Below are positions 60,144 through 64,000 of a stretch of DNA of 64,000 bases, one piece after another. The position numbers and the translations under genes are program-made. How positions within the stretch are numbered: the stretch's first letter is position 1; each line of letters opens with the position of its first letter. The notes beneath the pieces are model-generated. The model ran no database searches and was not told the DNA's origin. It worked only from the letters and a program-made list of their open reading frames with translations. Origin of the DNA: an uncultured Gammaproteobacteria bacterium (GTDB taxonomy: Bacteria > Pseudomonadota > Gammaproteobacteria > UBA9214); NCBI GenBank assembly GCA_963773065.1, contig CAVYZN010000023.1:32001-96000 (forward strand), read 5' to 3'.

Positions 60144-63100
60144 TTACTGGGCTAGGTACGCAGGTACCGGTACAGTAGCTCTCGTTGTGGCACACGGCGC
60201 AGCACACCGGCTGACCCTTGACCACGGTGTTCCCGCTGAAGGAGCGGTTGGCAAGCACGCGCGAGAGTGGCGTGCCGCAACTGTTGCTGCGGCTGGTGCC
60301 GCAGTGGCAGGCCTGGCAGTTGGCGGTGTAGTTGCCGCACAGATTGCTGTGGTTGCTGCTGCTCGACCACGGGGTGCTGCCGGCCGCGATAGGGTGCAGC
60401 AGTGCGGTGCCGTTCAGGTTGTTACGGGTTGGTAGTGCAGTGGCAGGTGGTGCAGTCAGTGATGGTGCCGCTGTGGCCTGCAACTGGGTGGCGGTGACGT
60501 TGTCGTTGGCATTCGGATTGGCGTTCGGCCACTCCGCATGGGTCGCCCGTGGCAGGCCTCGCACATCACCCCGCTGTGGCCCGTGCTCACCCGGTAGAGC
60601 TGCGGATTGCCGCGCCGCGTTGGGAGTGCAGTTGAAGGATGCCGGCACCGCGGGTTCGCGAAGCGCTTGTTGGTCGGCACGATCGGCGTCGCCTTGGCAT
60701 CGCCGGTGCGGAACGCCTGGCGCAGGCGGATGCAGTCAGTGTAGCCGTTGCTGTACACCAGTATTGACGACGAGACCGCCGCCGGTGGTCACCCGGCTGA
60801 CCGCATCACCCGTATGGCAGGAACCGCAGCCGGGTTCGTTGGCCCAGGCACGAGGGCGTGTTGGCGTTGGTGTAGAAGTACTTCGCCAGGATGAAGGCCC
60901 CCGCGTTGCTCGGCGAGACGTTCTTCGAGAAGTAGTTGCCGACCTGGAGCATCGAACAGTGGCAGTCGCTGCACAGCACGTCCGCATTGAACATCGCCCG
61001 CGCAGGCACTTGGTGTTGGTGCCGGGTGGCACTCGTAGCAACTGTTCTCCAGCGCCGTAGTGCGCGCGCTCTGGTTGGTGATATTGCCGTTGGCATCCTG
61101 TACGGAGCCGGGATGGTGGGGAACATCGCACCGCCGTTTCTATCCAGCGCGTGATGGAGCCATGGTGGTTGTGCATCACGCGTGAATTGCTCTGGTGACC
61201 CACCTGGTTACGCCCGTTGGCGATCGTGCCGGTAGCGCCGGCCAGTGGGCCGAGCTGCGCCAGGTCGAGCGCCGGGGTGTAGTGGCAGACCTGACAGACC
61301 ACGGGCTTGCCCTGCACCAGCGCCTTGTTGATCAGGCAGCTCGGCGTCCCGTTCGGGGTGCCACTGTTGATGGTGCAGGGATCGGCCGCGTGCTGAGGCA
61401 GTTCTCCCCCCCGTGTCACACGCAGTGCTCACGTAGTGGGATCCGTGCTTCAGGTAGTGCAGGCGCAGCAGGTTGATGTCTGCGGCGTACTCCAGGCTGA
61501 CTTGGGCGGCATGTTGCTGTCCGGGTAGTTCAGGCTGGTCGCCACCGGCAAGCGGCGTGCTGAGCGTAGTGGTGGGAATGTCGGTGCGATTGGCCACACC
61601 GTGCACGCTGGTGTAATCGGTGTTGGTGCTGTGGCAGGTGACGCAGCTCGCCTCACCGGAGATGGGCAGTACCGTGTCCACTGTGGAGAGCACCGTGCCG
61701 CCCGTGTTCTTCGCCTGCACCCGCACCAGCGGGTAGGCGTTCTCCAGTCCGAAGTAGTCGAAGGACGCGTACGGAATGCCCGCAGCCTCGAACCAGTCGA
61801 CATTCGCCGCCACGTAGCCGAAGGGGAAGTTGGTGAAGAACGGCTTGTTGATGAAGTGCTCCTGGACCAGTTGCGGAACGTTGTTGGTGTACGGGTTACC
61901 GATCCCGGGCATGGCATGCAGCACCGCTTCCAGGGTCACGTCGCTGCCGCCGAACTGTCCATCACTGCCGATGTAGAACTTCTCCATGTTCGGCACCGGC
62001 AGCCCGTGTACGCGTGACGTTGAACGGCGGGCCGGCGAGCGGGGTCAAGGTCGCACTCGGACCCACCAGCGGGTTGTAGGCCGGATAGAACGGGTCATAG
62101 GTCCCGGCCGGGATCACATTCCAGAAGTTGGTCTTGTAGGTGCTGCCGTCATCGCGCACCCCGTTCAGGACCCCCGACAGGCCGAGGATCGGGTCGTTGG
62201 CGTTCGCCGCCGCCGAGTAGTACAGGCTCACGCCCGCCGGGTTCAGCGTCGGAGTGGTCCCTTTCTGCACCACCTGCGCCAGCAACACCTGGAACGGCGG
62301 CAGGATGCTCGCGATGCGGGTATCCAGGTCGCCGCAATGCATGCCGAGGTCGTTGATGGCCAGCACGCTGTAGCTCGTGTTCGCCACCTGCGACTGCACC
62401 GGCACGACCGTGGTCACCGCGTTCACCGAGTTCTGGCTGGTGGAGTTGATGGAGGTGTTGGGCGCTCCGCCGTCGTTGTCGGTGATGGTGCCGACTCCCT
62501 GGGCGTCGGCGATAGTCGCGTTGCTCGGGTTCGACAGGTTGACGTTGAAGGTCTCGGTCGACTCCGCCGTGGTGTCGTTGATGGTGGTCACCGCGAAGGT
62601 CTGGGTCGTGGTGTTTGGCGCGAAGGTCAGCGTCACGTTGCTGCGGGCGGTGTAGTCGCCGGGAGCCACAGCGGTGCCGTTGGCGGTGCTGGCGGCGACC
62701 GTCACCGTCGAGGTGGAGGCCGCCGACAGGCTCACGGTAAAGTTGGCGGTGCCGCCCTCGGTCACGGTCACGTCGTTGATCGAGAGGCTGGTCTGGGCCG
62801 CGTCGTTGTCGTTGATGGTGCCCACGCCCTGGGCATCAGCGATAGTCGCGTTGCTCGGGTTCGACAGGTTGACGTTGAAGGTCTCGGTCAACTCCGCCGT
62901 GGTGTCGTTGATGGTCGTCACCGCGAAGGTCTGGGTCGTGGTGCTAACCGGGAAGCTCAGCGTCACATTGCTGCGGGCGGTGTAGTCGCCGGGAGCCACA
63001 GCGGTGCCGTTGGCGGTGCTGGCGGCGACCGTCACCGTCGTCGTGGACGCAGCAGAAAGGCTAACAGTGAAGTTGGCGGTGCTGCTCTCGGTCACGGTCA

Positions 63101-63865
63101 CGTTATTGATCGAGAGGCTGGGCTGGGCCGTGTCGTTGTCGTTAATGGTGCCCACGCCCTGACTGTCGGCGATAGTCGCGTTGCTCGGGTTCGATAGGTT
63201 GACGTTGAAGGTCTCGGTCGATTCCGCCGTGGTGTCGTTGATGGTCGTCACCGCGAAGGTCTGGGTCGTGGTGCCCGGGTTAAAGGTCAGCGTCACGTTG
63301 CTGCGGGCGGCGTAGTCGCCGGGAGCCACAGCGCTGCCGTTGGCGGTGCTAGCGGCGACAGTCACCGTCTGCGTGGAGGCGGCCGACAGGCTCACGGTAA
63401 AGTTGGCGGTGCCGCCCTCGGTCACGGTCACGTTGTTGATCGAGAGGCTGGGCTGCGCCGTGTCGTTGTCGTTGATGGTGCCGACACCTGAGCGTCGCTG
63501 ATCGTGCCCTTGCTGGGGTTACTCAGGTTGACGTTGAAGGTCTCGGTAGTCTCCGGCGTCGTGTTCTGAATGGTACTGACCGAGATGGTTTGAGTGGTGA
63601 CGCCATTATTGAATGTAAGGGTGCCGCTACTCGCCGTGTAGTCCGAACCGGACTGGGCAGTGCCGTTCGCGGTCGCATAGTTGATCGTCATACGCCCGTT
63701 AGTGCCGTTGGCGCGGGTCACCGTGAAGGTCGCGGTGCCCCCCTCGGTGACCGTCTGGTCGTTGATGCTCCAGGTCGTAGCCTGGGCCGCGAGCGCGGAG
63801 CCCGCCAGGAGCATGAAGGCCGTGCACAACCGCCAGAACCGGGCGTGGTTTGAAGTATGAGTCAT
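60144..63865 (-). CDS. Secreted multiheme (9 CxxCH) cytochrome c with 4 Calx-beta domains, copy 2 (many indels and substitutions in the 3' half)
   Basis: GGAGG ribosome site, signal peptide ...AGSALAAQA, Calx-beta repeats, NDLGMHC, same series of CxxCH motifs; close nucleotide similarity to 31047-34370. Confidence 0.8.
62470..63790 (-). repeat. Calx-beta coding repeats (three 330-bp near-identical units plus one divergent unit)
   Basis: Units SIN(N/D)VTVTE..TANFTVSLSAAST...GVGTI(N/T)DND; divergent first unit WSINDQTVTEGGTATFTV. Confidence 0.88.
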
Positions 63866-64000
63866 CGTCGCTATCCTCCACCATGGTGTTGAGCTCAATT
63901 CCCAGCCCTCTTTAAGGAGACACCGGAACCGGAACGCTAACAGAGTCGATTAAAAAATAGATAGCAAACGTCTTCTCGCCGCACGGTTGCGGTGGTTGCT

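Overview
High-GC gammaproteobacterial chromosome segment, most likely from an uncorrected long-read or metagenome assembly. Many essential genes (rpoN, lptA/C, rimP, several nuo genes) carry apparent single-base indels, so frameshifts and gene fusions should not be read as biology. Core blocks: murA-ibaG-mlaBCDEF (minus); kdsD-kdsC-lptCAB-rpoN-hpf-ptsN-hprK-rapZ-EIIA-HPr-EI (plus); pmbA/yjgA; pnp-rpsO-truB-rbfA-infB-nusA-rimP-tRNA-fMet and a 14-gene nuoA-N operon (minus). Two accessory features stand out. (1) A ~13 kb co-directional defence-like operon (15.5-28.4 kb) between the EI gene and pmbA: DUF499-type ATPase, a stand-alone PglZ-type phosphoesterase, a PD-(D/E)xK nuclease, an RHH/PIN toxin-antitoxin pair, a HEPN-like protein, a DUF1156-type adenine methyltransferase, a small ORF and an SNF2 helicase. 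This is a BREX-related or restriction-like hybrid with an internal effector cargo slot, apparently transcribed as a leaderless mRNA. (2) Two paralogous secreted nine-heme cytochromes c with tandem Calx-beta stalks (31.0-35.1 kb and 60.1-63.9 kb); the first has a complete sigma-54 promoter / IHF site / tandem enhancer layout. Several palindromic or MITE-like intergenic repeats are also present. All family assignments are from motif recognition by eye, not database searches.
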